Assembly: GCA_016176525.1 (NCBI GenBank)
Contig: JACOWZ010000003.1
Location: forward strand, 320,001-384,000
DNA length: 64,000 bases
Direction: 5' to 3'
Source: Candidatus Colwellbacteria bacterium
Lineage (GTDB): Bacteria > Patescibacteriota > Minisyncoccia > UBA6257 > Colwellbacteraceae
Of this stretch, positions 38,587 to 50,112 are shown piece by piece. Numbering within the stretch: the stretch's first letter is position 1; each line of letters opens with the position of its first letter. Below the pieces are notes generated by a model. The model saw nothing but the letters and a program-made list of their open reading frames with translations. It ran no database searches and was not told the origin of the DNA. Position numbers and translations under genes: made by a program.

Positions 38587-39288
38587 ATGGAACTACAAGT
38601 ACAAAAAAGAGAAGTTTTTGGCAAAAAACTAAAAGGCCTGCGCAAAAAGGGCTTTATTCCTGCCGAGCTATACGGCCGCGGCGTGGAGAATTTACATTTG
38701 GCTGTGCCACTCGCGGATTTTCGCCGTGTCTATAAAGAGGCCGGAGAGAACCAGATTGTAAATGTGGTTGTAGATGGTGAGGCGCGCCCGACTATAATAC
38801 ACGACGTGCATTTTGACGCCATCAAAGACGAGCCGCTTAACATTGATTTTTATCAGGTTAATATGGACGAAGAAATTGAGGCAAAAGTGCCTATAGAGCT
38901 CGTGGGTGAGGCGCCGGGAGTGAAGGCGGGCGGTATTTTGGTTAAAGCGCTTAATGAAATGCCGGTGGAATCTCTGCCTGGGGATATGCCAAGCAAATTT
39001 ACAGTAGACATTAGCGGACTGGACGCAATCGGCAAGAGTATTCATGTTAAAGACATTAAGATTGGCGACAAGGTAAAGCTTAGACTAGATCCAAATATGG
39101 TGGTTGTTACTATTGCCGAACCGGAGAAAGAAGAAGAGATTCCTGCTGAGGCTCCATCTGTAGAGACTGTTGTTGTAGAGGGCGAGGAAAAGAAAGCGGA
39201 GCGCGATGCCGCGAAGGCCTCACAAGAAGCCACGGAGGGTGGTCCCGCAAAATCGCAAGGCGGGGCAAAAAAGCAGGCGAATGCCTAA
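38587..39288 (+). CDS. rplY: 50S ribosomal protein L25 (CTC type)
   Basis: LRKKG.IPA.LYG, IDFYQV, VPI.L.GEAPGVK.GG, IHV.D. Confidence 0.93.
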   Translation: MELQVQKREVFGKKLKGLRKKGFIPAELYGRGVENLHLAVPLADFRRVYKEAGENQIVNVVVDGEARPTIIHDVHFDAIKDEPLNIDFYQVNMDEEIEAKVPIELVGEAPGVKAGGILVKALNEMPVESLPGDMPSKFTVDISGLDAIGKSIHVKDIKIGDKVKLRLDPNMVVVTIAEPEKEEEIPAEAPSVETVVVEGEEKKAERDAAKASQEATEGGPAKSQGGAKKQANA

Positions 39289-40792
39289 ATTCGTAAAAGA
39301 TATTTTTTTAGGGCATAAGAAGCGAATTAATTTATCTTACGTAGACGATAGGCGGGGATTTAGATTCCCTAAGTTTGCAAAACATGCATTTGTTGCAGTT
39401 TTTGTTGGTTATTTAATTTTTGGAGGATATGTTCTCGCGCCGATTTCGCCTTCGGGCACATTTGCGCAAGCCGATTCGGAGGATGAGCGGGCAGAACTGG
39501 AGGCGGAATTAGAAGCGGTTTTAAAAGAGCTTGAACAAGTTAAAGCCCAAAGAGATGTTTTAACGCGCCAGGGCAACACTCTGCAGTCCGAAGTCAACCG
39601 CCTAAATGCGCAGATATCAAAGATAAACCTGCAGATAAAAGCTATAAACCTTTCTATCCAAAAACTTGCAGGGGAGATAGAAAATACACAGGGGCGAATT
39701 GAAGTTGCCGAAGAAGATATTACTCTTAGAAAAAACTCGCTCGCGGACTTGCTGCAAGATTTATATGAATACGACACTGCGAGCTTGGCGGAGATTTTAC
39801 TTGCCTCGCCCTCTCTATCTGATTTTTTCGGCGGCGTGAACGATTTGATGCTTGTGCAAGATAATTTGCGCGTTGCGATAGCAGAAATTGTAGCCTTGCG
39901 TGATGAGCTGCTTCAGCAAAAAGAAACACTCTCAATACAAAAAGAAGACACCGAGAAGTTAAAAGCATTCCAAGATGCGCAAAGACGCGAAGTGCAGAGT
40001 GTGCGCGGAGAGAAAGATAATTTGCTCCAAGTTACCCGCGGCGAGGAGGCGCGCTATCAAACACTTGTATTAGAAAAACAAAAAACCGCGGCAGAAATTC
40101 GCCAACAGATTTTCCGTCTGCTTGGCGTTGACGAGGCGCTTACTTTTGAGGAAGCATATAGCTTTGCAAAGCTAGCGGAGCAGTCAACCGGCATCCGCGC
40201 CGCATTTATTATGGCGATACTTAAGAAAGAATCCGACTTTGGCGCAAATGTAGGCCAGTGCACGTTAGCGGATACGCATAGCGGTGCTACGCTTGGGGTT
40301 AACACGGGGCGGCGTTTTGAAAACGGCATTAAACCAAGCCGAGATTTGCAGCCCTTTCTGCGTATTACGCGAGATTTGAGTCTAGACCCGATGCAAAGGC
40401 CGGTGTCTTGCCCTATAGCTAGCGCGGGCGGATACGGCGGCGCTATGGGCCCGGCGCAATTTATCCCGTCAACTTGGGTTTTGTATGAAGATAAAATTTC
40501 AAATATAACGGGGAACAATCCGCCTAGTCCATGGCGCAATGCGGATGCCTTTGCCGCAACTGCAGTCTATATTCGCGATCTTTATAATGATTCTGTTTGC
40601 ACAAGCTACGCAAAGAGCCTCGCAGGGCGATGGCCGGAGCGCGAACTTCGCGAAGAGTGCGCTGCTGCGCGGTATTATGCAGGTGGCGGTTGGCGTACAC
40701 ACTACCAATTTTATGGCGTTGCCGTGCGCGAACAGGCAGATGGCTTCCAGCAAGATATAAATATTATGACTGGCTCGATTACACAGAGATAG
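39281..40792 (+). CDS. coiled-coil cell-wall hydrolase with C-terminal lytic transglycosylase domain
   Basis: TM, long CwlO/PcsB-like coiled coil, AIL.KES.FG, GAMGPAQFIPSTW, DA..A.A.Y. Confidence 0.85.
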   Translation: MPKFVKDIFLGHKKRINLSYVDDRRGFRFPKFAKHAFVAVFVGYLIFGGYVLAPISPSGTFAQADSEDERAELEAELEAVLKELEQVKAQRDVLTRQGNTLQSEVNRLNAQISKINLQIKAINLSIQKLAGEIENTQGRIEVAEEDITLRKNSLADLLQDLYEYDTASLAEILLASPSLSDFFGGVNDLMLVQDNLRVAIAEIVALRDELLQQKETLSIQKEDTEKLKAFQDAQRREVQSVRGEKDNLLQVTRGEEARYQTLVLEKQKTAAEIRQQIFRLLGVDEALTFEEAYSFAKLAEQSTGIRAAFIMAILKKESDFGANVGQCTLADTHSGATLGVNTGRRFENGIKPSRDLQPFLRITRDLSLDPMQRPVSCPIASAGGYGGAMGPAQFIPSTWVLYEDKISNITGNNPPSPWRNADAFAATAVYIRDLYNDSVCTSYAKSLAGRWPERELREECAAARYYAGGGWRTHYQFYGVAVREQADGFQQDINIMTGSITQR

Positions 40793-40807
40793 AGTTGCTT
40801 GGCTTCA

Positions 40808-40912
40808 CAAACCCGCAGTATCTCTGGCCACCGGCGTAAAATTCTTACTGAATTTTCGCCTTTTTCTCGCGCCGTCGCGCTCCGAAGATGGCCTTCGACA
40901 CAGACGGGTTTG
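40808..40912 (-). ncRNA. candidate structured RNA/repeat element, copy 1 (3' of prfA)
   Basis: Shares a 62-nt ungapped core with 58093-58154; nested stems with compensatory changes. Confidence 0.55.
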
Positions 40913-40918
40913 GTTCGC

Positions 40919-41647
40919 TTATTCGTTTTGTTTCTTATTAATCTTTTTGAGTAGAACGTCTAAGTCGCCTTCCAGCACTTTTGCTATGTTGTGCACTTTT
41001 GCGTTGAAGCGGTGGTCGGTAATTCTATCATCAGGAAAATTATATGTTCTTATCTTCTCGCTGCGGTCGGCCCGGCCGATTAGCTCTTTGCGCGTGGCGC
41101 CGAGCTTTGCTTCTTCTTCGGCAACCTGCATTTCGTAGAGTTTTGCGCGGAGTATTGACATTGCCGCATCGCGGTTTGCGTGCTGTGTCCGCTCTGCGCG
41201 GGATGATATAACAATGCCGGTTGGTTTGTGTGTAAGCCGCACAGCAGACTCAATTTTGTTTACGTTTTGGCCGCCCGGCCCGCCAGCGCGCGAGAAACTT
41301 ACTTCCAAGTCATTATCGTTTATTACAAGCTGCTTCGGTTCAATCTCTGGGTAAACGGCAACCGTTGCGGTTGATGTGTGTACGCGGCCGGATTTTTCTG
41401 TAGCGGGGATTCGTTGTATGCGGTGGGTGCCAGATTCTAATTTAAGCGCGTCGTATGCGCCCTCGCCTACAATTTTGCCGATAAAAGTTTTTATACCATG
41501 CGAAGATTCACTGGAGTCAACTACTATAAACTTCCAGCCCTTTGATGTTGTGTAGCGCTGGTACATACGCACAAGTTCGCTGGCGAAGCTTGAAGCTTCG
41601 TCTCCGCCTGCACCGGCGCGGACTTCTATGACAACCTTATTAGTCAT
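40919..41647 (-). CDS. prfA: peptide chain release factor 1 lacking N-terminal domain 1
   Basis: [21 protein letters not shown] (PxT = RF1), [21 protein letters not shown]; only 242 aa. Confidence 0.9.
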   Translation of the reverse strand: MTNKVVIEVRAGAGGDEASSFASELVRMYQRYTTSKGWKFIVVDSSESSHGIKTFIGKIVGEGAYDALKLESGTHRIQRIPATEKSGRVHTSTATVAVYPEIEPKQLVINDNDLEVSFSRAGGPGGQNVNKIESAVRLTHKPTGIVISSRAERTQHANRDAAMSILRAKLYEMQVAEEEAKLGATRKELIGRADRSEKIRTYNFPDDRITDHRFNAKVHNIAKVLEGDLDVLLKKINKKQNE

Positions 41648-41938
41648 CTAGGCTTTCTTTACTTTAGCTTTTGTTGTCTTAACTTTTTTAGCTTTATGAA
41701 TAGCTCTCTTAACACTCTTTTTAACCAAGCCTTCTTTCTTTTGCGCGTGCCTTGCCTTAAAGCGCTCAACACGGCCGGCAGTATCTATTAGTTTTTCTTT
41801 GCCTGTGTAGAAGGGGTGGCAGTTGCTGCAAATTTCTGTGCGCATTTTTTCTACTACAGAACCAATAGTAAACACCTTGCCGCACGCGCAGGTTATGGTG
41901 GCTTTGTCGTAGTATTTTGGGTGGATATCTTGTTTCAT
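41648..41938 (-). CDS. rpmE: 50S ribosomal protein L31 with Lys-rich tail
   Basis: [29 protein letters not shown]. Confidence 0.96.
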   Translation of the reverse strand: MKQDIHPKYYDKATITCACGKVFTIGSVVEKMRTEICSNCHPFYTGKEKLIDTAGRVERFKARHAQKKEGLVKKSVKRAIHKAKKVKTTKAKVKKA

Positions 41939-41969
41939 TGTGCAAGGATTATATATAAGTTTTAACCCA

Positions 41970-41997
41970 TTGACAAGGTGTGTGCGTATAGTAATAT
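41970..41997 (+). promoter_or_regulatory. putative rRNA promoter
   Basis: TTGACA-16-TAATAT about 250 nt upstream of 16S. Confidence 0.55.
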
Positions 41998-42190
41998 GTA
42001 CATACCGATTTGCCTTAACACTTGTAGATCGGCCCGCATTCCTTTTGATGCCTTGAGCAGAAGAGAGGGGTCGCGAAAATCCAGAAGAGCATATGCTCTA
42101 TGGGTGGCTTATTTCTGCATGTGTGCGGACAACACGAAAGAAGCTTTAAAAACAAATAGTAAGGTAAGAAGAAAGTAAGATAAATAGTAA

Positions 42191-42213
42191 GAAAGTTTTT
42201 CTAGTTGTCCCAA
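42191..42213 (+). other. 5' arm of 16S processing stem
   Basis: GAAAGTTTTTCTAGTTGTCCCAA pairs over 23 bp (2 G-U) with 43770-43792. Confidence 0.75.
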
Positions 42214-42241
42214 TCTGATTTATCAATTTCATTGATAAATT

Positions 42242-43702
<1,461 letters not shown>

Positions 43703-43769
43703 TTTTAAGAATGACCCCTGCATTGCAGGGGAAGGTGTTGGCCACTCAGCCTTTACAAAGTTGGTGGCC

Positions 43770-43792
43770 TTGGGGCAACTAGAAAAGCTTTC
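43770..43792 (+). other. 3' arm of 16S processing stem
   Basis: TTGGGGCAACTAGAAAAGCTTTC, complementary to 42191-42213. Confidence 0.75.
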
Positions 43793-43813
43793 CTTCTCTG
43801 TTATAATCATTTT

Positions 43814-44233
43814 ATGGTTGAAACCGCTACGGCGCCTGCGGCGCAAGTGCAAATGCAGAACCAAACAGGCAAAAAGGTTCTTCTAATAGAAGACGATCTT
43901 TTTTTGTCTAATATTTTAACTACGCGTATGCAAAGAATGGGCGTAAATGTTTTGCGCGCCATGGATGGCGAAGAGGCTATTAAACTTGGGCTTTCTTCAA
44001 AACCTAATTTGATTTTGCTTGATATTATTATTCCAAAAATTTCTGGCTTTGAAGTGCTGGAAGAATTAAAAGGCGACCCAACTGTTTCTAAAGCGCCAGT
44101 TATTGTTATATCTAATTTGGGGCAAGAGAGCGACATTGAGCGCGCAAAAAAACTGGGCGTGCAAGAATATTTTATAAAAGCGCAGGTGTCTATTGATGAC
44201 ATAATGGAGAGTGTGCGCAAACACCTAGGTTAG
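43814..44233 (+). CDS. single-domain response regulator receiver
   Basis: LLIEDD, LLDIIIP..SGFEVL, ISNL, YFIKA. Confidence 0.9.
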   Translation: MVETATAPAAQVQMQNQTGKKVLLIEDDLFLSNILTTRMQRMGVNVLRAMDGEEAIKLGLSSKPNLILLDIIIPKISGFEVLEELKGDPTVSKAPVIVISNLGQESDIERAKKLGVQEYFIKAQVSIDDIMESVRKHLG

Positions 44234-44290
44234 GTTATTCACATTACCCCTCTTGCCCACCAGCGCAATGTGCTATAGAATTGTTTTATT

Positions 44291-44896
44291 ATGCAAACAG
44301 CTAAAGGTTTTACTTTAATAGAGTTATTGGTCGTTATAGGAATTTTGGCGGTGCTTGCAGCCGCGACTATTTTGGTTATAAACCCAGCCGAACTTTTCGC
44401 CCAAGGCAGGGATTCTAGCAGAATTTCTGACTTACAAGTTGTAAATTCCGCAATAAGTTTGTATTTGGCTGATGTTGACAATCCAGATCTGGGTGCAGAA
44501 GCAGCTGGTGGTAGATGTATGGCTGATCCCGGTGCGCTCAATGCTCCATTTGAAGCCGGTGCTGCAGACACATGTGGCTCAATTGTAACCAGTAGGGCCA
44601 TAGATGGCGCCGGGTGGGTTGATATTGTCTTTACTGATATGACTAGCAGACCCTTTGGGGCACTTCCGATAGATCCAAGAAATGACGATGAAGTTGCTCT
44701 TTGTAATGGTGGCGCCCCTAATGCCTGTTATTTCTATGCTTATAAAAATAGCGGCACCGAGTGGAAAGTTGCAGGTAGATTAGAAAGTGAGAAATATAGA
44801 GTTCAAATGTCAGATGATGGGGGAATTAGAAGTACCTGTGTTACGTTTTTAGAGAATACTTGCTACTTTGAAGCTGGTACTAATCTAGGTTTGTAG
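44291..44896 (+). CDS. type IV pilin (probable major pilin)
   Basis: KG|FTLIELLVVIGILAVLA, RD..R.SDL, LP.DP.N; has its own terminator. Confidence 0.9.
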   Translation: MQTAKGFTLIELLVVIGILAVLAAATILVINPAELFAQGRDSSRISDLQVVNSAISLYLADVDNPDLGAEAAGGRCMADPGALNAPFEAGAADTCGSIVTSRAIDGAGWVDIVFTDMTSRPFGALPIDPRNDDEVALCNGGAPNACYFYAYKNSGTEWKVAGRLESEKYRVQMSDDGGIRSTCVTFLENTCYFEAGTNLGL

Positions 44897-44925
44897 GTTC
44901 GTTTCACTTTTTATTTGCATTCACC

Positions 44926-44948
44926 AACCCCCGCTCTGCGGGGGTTTT
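44926..44948 (+). terminator. intrinsic terminator after pilin
   Basis: AACCCCCGC-TCT-GCGGGGGTT followed by TT. Confidence 0.7.
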
Positions 44949-44967
44949 ATGTTAAAATTAAGTTCAG

Positions 44968-46671
44968 ATGTTGCAAATTCCCGAACAAGATTTGTTGGAG
45001 GTTCTAACGCGCGAGGGGTTGGTTACGCCTGCGCAATTTGAAAAGTATAAAACCGAAGCCGCACGGTTGGGGCAAGACATTGCAGATATGTTGGTTTCCG
45101 CCGGCATTATGAGCGAGGATTACTACAACAACCTGCTCTCGCGGCATTTTGAGATACCGTTTGCAAACCTAGACGTTCGCGGCATAGACCAAGAAGTTTT
45201 AAACCTTATTCCTGAGCCGGTTGCCCGTGGGAAGAGAGCCGTGCCTTTTGCGCGCGAAAAAGACGACTATATTGCTATTGCAATGCACGACCCCAGCGAC
45301 CTTGCAGCGGTAAGTTTTTTGGAGAAATACATTAAAGCGAGAATTCGGCCCTACTTTGCCTCGGACAGTGACCTCAACAAAGGGTTTGCAATGTACAGCA
45401 AAGAGACTGTTGAAGATTACCGCAAGATTATTGAGCAAAACATTGCAGAATCCGTACAGCGGCGCATAACCGGCGAAAAAGCCGCAACAGACGTGCCGAT
45501 TGTTGAGATTATCAACAATATTTTGTCTTACGCAATGTCTTTGAGGGCATCTGATGTGCACATAGAAATTTTAGAAGACACAGTGCTTGTGCGTTACAGA
45601 ATAGACGGAATTCTGCACGAGATGTTTAAGGTGCCCAAAGTTATTTTCCCCGCGCTTCTTGCGCGCGTAAAACTTTTAGGTGGCTTAAAAATAGACGAGC
45701 ACTACAAACCGCAAGACGGCAGGTTAAGGTATAAAATAGGATCGGATATAGTAGACATTCGTGTTGCAATAATCCCAACTTTCTATGGCGAGAAGGTAGA
45801 AATGCGTTTATTGCCCGCATCCACAAAGCCACTTTCTTTTACAGAGCTTGGAATGTTACCGGAGACTGTAAAAGTTTTTGAAGAAAACGTAAAAAAACCA
45901 TACGGTATGGCGCTTGTTTGCGGACCAACCGGTGCAGGTAAGTCTACTACTCTATATTCCGCATTGAATATTTTAAACAAGCCGGAGGTAAACATTGTTA
46001 CAATTGAAGACCCTATTGAATATGACATTAGGTTTATAAACCAAACACAGGTTAATGCCGCCCAGGGCATTACATTTGCAACCGGACTAAAGGCAATTTT
46101 GAGGCAAGACCCAAACGTTATAATGGTGGGTGAAATTCGCGATGTAGAGACTGCAGATATTTCTGTACAGTCGGCATTGACCGGCCACATGGTTTTGTCA
46201 TCACTCCACACAAACGACGCGGCAACAGCGGTGCCGAGGCTTTTGGATATGAAGATTCTGCCGTTTTTGGTCGCGGCGGTTGTAAACGTGGTGCTTGCCC
46301 AGCGCCTTGTCCGTAAAATATGCAGATCCTGCATTTATTCTTACCAACCGAACGAAGGCGCAATGAAAGCTATAAAAGAGCAGAGTGCGCTTTTTGGCTC
46401 ACCAAATGTTAAGCTGCCGAAATTACTTTTTAAGGGCAAGGGTTGCGCCGCCTGTGGGCACAGCGGCTACCGTGGCAGAATGGGTATATTTGAAGTCCTA
46501 AGTGTTTCAGAAAAAGTACGGGCGCTTATAGTTTCGCCAGAATTTTCGCTGGATAGCCTGCAGGCGCTTGCGCGCAAAGAAGGAATGGAGACTATGTTTG
46601 AAGACGGAATGAAAAAAGTAGAGCTGGGGATGACAACAATAGAAGAATTACTTAGAGTTATAAGAGAATAA
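44968..46671 (+). CDS. pilB: type IV pilus assembly ATPase (PilB/GspE)
   Basis: ASDVHIE, PQDGR, GPTGAGKSTT, TIEDPIE, LRQDP.VIMVGEIRD, TGH.V.S.LH, two CxxC. Confidence 0.93.
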   Translation: MLQIPEQDLLEVLTREGLVTPAQFEKYKTEAARLGQDIADMLVSAGIMSEDYYNNLLSRHFEIPFANLDVRGIDQEVLNLIPEPVARGKRAVPFAREKDDYIAIAMHDPSDLAAVSFLEKYIKARIRPYFASDSDLNKGFAMYSKETVEDYRKIIEQNIAESVQRRITGEKAATDVPIVEIINNILSYAMSLRASDVHIEILEDTVLVRYRIDGILHEMFKVPKVIFPALLARVKLLGGLKIDEHYKPQDGRLRYKIGSDIVDIRVAIIPTFYGEKVEMRLLPASTKPLSFTELGMLPETVKVFEENVKKPYGMALVCGPTGAGKSTTLYSALNILNKPEVNIVTIEDPIEYDIRFINQTQVNAAQGITFATGLKAILRQDPNVIMVGEIRDVETADISVQSALTGHMVLSSLHTNDAATAVPRLLDMKILPFLVAAVVNVVLAQRLVRKICRSCIYSYQPNEGAMKAIKEQSALFGSPNVKLPKLLFKGKGCAACGHSGYRGRMGIFEVLSVSEKVRALIVSPEFSLDSLQALARKEGMETMFEDGMKKVELGMTTIEELLRVIRE

Positions 46672-47882
46672 TGCAGTTCCACTACGCTGCCTCCGAGCCG
46701 GGAGGAAAAATTATAGAAGGTGATTTAGAGGCTAAAGACCAGCCTGCGGTTTTAGAGTGGATTGTCTCTAAAGGCCTGCGGCCTGTTTCTATTAGAAGAA
46801 TTGGCAGAGGCAGCAAGAAATTTAAGCTTGCGCTGGGGCCTGCAATAACCTTAGAGGACAAAGTTTTTATAACAAAATATTTATCGCTTATGTTAAAAGT
46901 TGGCACAGATCTTTTTAGGGCGATAGACATATTAGTGGCGGACTTTGACAAGCCGGCTGTAAAGTCATTGCTAATAGAGGTTAAAGATGGCCTCTCCAGA
47001 GGCCAACCGTTTTATACAACGTTTGCAAAATACCCAAAGTATTTTTCCAGCGTTTTTGTAAACCTTATAAAAGCCGGTGAAGCCTCTGGTAATTTAGATA
47101 AAGTCTTTGCAGATTTAAGTGTTGGTTTAGAAAAAGAGCAAATTCTGCGCTCTAAAATACGCGGCGCGATGGTTTACCCGATAGTACTACTATCTTTAGC
47201 TTCTATAATTTTGCTTCTTTTGGTTGCATTTGCTCTGCCGCGCTTGGCGGAAGTTTTCTTGGCTGGCGGGGTAGAACCGCCGCTTTTCTCAAGGATTGTT
47301 TTTAGCATAGGTATTTTTATGGGCGACAATATCTGGTGGATTTTATCTATATTAGCTGTTTTGGGTACAGGCTCGGCGGTATTTTTTGGAGGCACCCTTT
47401 TGGGGAGAAGTGTCTTGCAGCATATAGGCATGAGAGTGCCTGTTATAAATAAAGTTGCTTATACTGTGGGCATACAAAGGTTTGCCACAACTTTTTCTTC
47501 GCTTTTGCGCTCCGGCATGCCTATATTAGAGGCAATTGAGACGACTGCAGATGCCTCCGGCAACGCAGAGCTTAAGCTTGCGCTTATGCGGGTTTCGCGC
47601 GAAGGCATTGCAAAGGGACTAACTATTGGCGAGGCATTCCAGCGCGAGCCATATTTTTCTCGCGTTGTTGTAAACCTTATTGCGGTTTCCGAAAAAGCGG
47701 GCCACATAGAAGAGATTTTAGACACTTTAGCAGACTTTTATGAACGCGAGATTGATGCCTCTATAAAAACTTTGCTTGCTCTCTTGGAACCGGCGCTTTT
47801 GTTCTTTATAGGTATTTTAGTTGCCACAATTGCCCTTGCTATAATTATTCCGATTTATCAATTAGTAGGAGGACTTGGATAA
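46671..47882 (+). CDS. pilC: type IV pilus platform protein (PilC/GspF)
   Basis: AGE.SGNLD, A.VYP, E..G, L.LLEP; three TMs. Confidence 0.92.
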   Translation: MQFHYAASEPGGKIIEGDLEAKDQPAVLEWIVSKGLRPVSIRRIGRGSKKFKLALGPAITLEDKVFITKYLSLMLKVGTDLFRAIDILVADFDKPAVKSLLIEVKDGLSRGQPFYTTFAKYPKYFSSVFVNLIKAGEASGNLDKVFADLSVGLEKEQILRSKIRGAMVYPIVLLSLASIILLLLVAFALPRLAEVFLAGGVEPPLFSRIVFSIGIFMGDNIWWILSILAVLGTGSAVFFGGTLLGRSVLQHIGMRVPVINKVAYTVGIQRFATTFSSLLRSGMPILEAIETTADASGNAELKLALMRVSREGIAKGLTIGEAFQREPYFSRVVVNLIAVSEKAGHIEEILDTLADFYEREIDASIKTLLALLEPALLFFIGILVATIALAIIIPIYQLVGGLG

Positions 47883-47883
47883 C

Positions 47884-50085
47884 ATGAGAGAATATACAAA
47901 TAGTAGAGGTTTTACGATGATAGAGATTTTGCTTGTTATTGGCATCACTGGGCTTTTAACCGGCATTTTGGCACTCAACTTATTTGGCTCGCAAGAGAAG
48001 GTTGTTTTGGACGGCGCGGTTTCTAAAATAGTGCAGGATATTCGCACAACTATGAGCCGCTCCGAAGCGCAAGAAGATGGATGTGAGTGGAGCATGCAAT
48101 TTGTGGCCGATACAGCAGCGCCGGCTTATTACTACGATATTAAAAGCGGTGGCAGTGGGTGCACAAACGAAGGGGTAAGATCGCACAAGGTATTGGATTC
48201 GCGTTTGAGTTTTGAGTTGCCTGATTTGGTGCTGCCAGCTACAGAACTTACAGTTGTTTTCCGAAAAGGCACGGGCCAGCCGAATACAACAGCAGAGATA
48301 ATTGTGCATAGTGCGTCAATGTCTAGAACAATAGAGATTCAGGCTTTCGGAGTTGTAGCTTTTTACGAAACTTCTGCTCCGCCTCCTCCACCGCCAGAGT
48401 CTCCACCGCCACAATGCAGCGATCTTATTGACAACGATGGAGATAGTCTTATTGATTATCCACTTGACCCAGGTTGCAGTTCTGCATCAGATAATAACGA
48501 AACTGATCCGGTGCCACCTTCGCCATCGGAGACGCCTGATGTTACAACAGTCGGGGCAGTGCCTCTTACCGAGCAAGCTACTCTTTCTGGAAGCGCAAAC
48601 CCAAATGGTTCGACAACAAGAGGTTGGTTTAGGCTCGGGACTTCTCAGGCATCTTGCAATTCATTACAGTTTAATGGACAGGATCATAAAACCGCTGAAG
48701 TTCCCTTAGGTTCCGACAACTCAGATGTGCCTTATTCTTTAGATGAAGGATCTTTGCAGGGTGGTACAACCTATTATTTCTGCGCAGTTGCAGAAAACTT
48801 GTTTGGTACAAGTTACGGTCTTGTACAATCATTTACCACACAAAGCATCGTTGGCCCGACTGTTGTTACACTAGGAGTAGGTATTGATATCAAATCCGCT
48901 ACCCTACCTTCGAATAGTTTCTGGTTTTCCTGCAACGAAAATTTTTTGATCCACAAGATATATTGCTTTGGTGGCAGAAATTCTTCCAATCAAGTTTTAG
49001 AATATAATCCTGCTGCGCCGGACAATTCTTCAGCCGTTGTGATTAAATCAGTCAGTCTGGCTCCGGGCAAGGATCAATTCTCCTGCGCCCAAGATTCCTC
49101 AACTGGCAAGATTTACTGTTTCGGAGGTATTAATGCCGGAGATGGTCAGCAAATAATTGAATACACTGACGATGGAACAAGCTCAACTAGTGGTTCTATT
49201 ACCGTTAAATCTGTTACTCTGCCAACGCCTCGCTACAGTCATTCCTGCGCCGAAAACTCCTCCACACACAAAATATATTGTTTTGGCGGGCATCAGAGCA
49301 GTCCTAGTGTCGATCTTTCCCAAATAGTCGAGTATAATCCATCAACCGATACTATTATTACTAAAACTGCTGTTCTTCCTACTGGCCGCTATGGCCATTC
49401 CTGCACCGAAAACTCCTCCACACACAAAATATATTGTTTCGGCGGGACTAACGGCGGCAACCAGATCATTGAATACACAGACAATGGAACAAGCCCACTA
49501 AGCGGTTCGGTTGTCGTTAAATCCGCTACTCTGCCGACGGCGTTAAGTTATCTTTCCTGTTCCGAAGACTCTCTAACTCACAAGATCTACTGCTTTGGAG
49601 GAACTCCATCGACTAACCAAATCATCGAATACACCGATGATGGAACAAGCCCACTAAGCGGTTCGGTTGTCGTTAAATCCGCTACTCTGCCGACGGCACG
49701 CTATGGCCTTGCCTGCGCCGAAAACTCCTCCACACACAAAATATATTGTTTCGGCGGGAGTGGCGGCGGTACCCAAATAGTGGAATATAGTGACATAATA
49801 TCAAATTCAGTTGCTTTAGAGGGTTCTGCAAATCCCAATGGCACAAATACAACCGGTTATTTTCGATATTCGACCACCAACCCCGGTTCTTGCAACAACA
49901 CGTTCGGTACCAGGGTTCCTTTATCGGGAGGAACGGTTATTGCCGGTACTAATACGGCAGCCGTGGTATATACCGAAGTAGTTTCTGGGTTAGCTAATTC
50001 TATTACATACTATTTCTGCGCTGTTGCATCAAATTCCACCGGGACAGGCTTTGGCTCGATTTTGTCTTTCACCACATCTCCTTAG
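47884..50085 (+). CDS. large minor pilin with Fn3-like modules and Kelch propeller
   Basis: RG|FTMIE prepilin; C.D.IDNDGD..ID...DPGC; six KIYCFGG Kelch blades. Confidence 0.85.
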   Translation: MREYTNSRGFTMIEILLVIGITGLLTGILALNLFGSQEKVVLDGAVSKIVQDIRTTMSRSEAQEDGCEWSMQFVADTAAPAYYYDIKSGGSGCTNEGVRSHKVLDSRLSFELPDLVLPATELTVVFRKGTGQPNTTAEIIVHSASMSRTIEIQAFGVVAFYETSAPPPPPPESPPPQCSDLIDNDGDSLIDYPLDPGCSSASDNNETDPVPPSPSETPDVTTVGAVPLTEQATLSGSANPNGSTTRGWFRLGTSQASCNSLQFNGQDHKTAEVPLGSDNSDVPYSLDEGSLQGGTTYYFCAVAENLFGTSYGLVQSFTTQSIVGPTVVTLGVGIDIKSATLPSNSFWFSCNENFLIHKIYCFGGRNSSNQVLEYNPAAPDNSSAVVIKSVSLAPGKDQFSCAQDSSTGKIYCFGGINAGDGQQIIEYTDDGTSSTSGSITVKSVTLPTPRYSHSCAENSSTHKIYCFGGHQSSPSVDLSQIVEYNPSTDTIITKTAVLPTGRYGHSCTENSSTHKIYCFGGTNGGNQIIEYTDNGTSPLSGSVVVKSATLPTALSYLSCSEDSLTHKIYCFGGTPSTNQIIEYTDDGTSPLSGSVVVKSATLPTARYGLACAENSSTHKIYCFGGSGGGTQIVEYSDIISNSVALEGSANPNGTNTTGYFRYSTTNPGSCNNTFGTRVPLSGGTVIAGTNTAAVVYTEVVSGLANSITYYFCAVASNSTGTGFGSILSFTTSP

Positions 50086-50112
50086 GGGAAGGGGTCTGTT
50101 ATAATTGAATAG

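Noticed and set aside
48880-49795. Near-identical repeats as a possible DGR template/variable pair or CRISPR array
   Set aside because: They are in-frame Kelch blades, differences are not adenine-specific, and no reverse transcriptase or cas gene is in the window.
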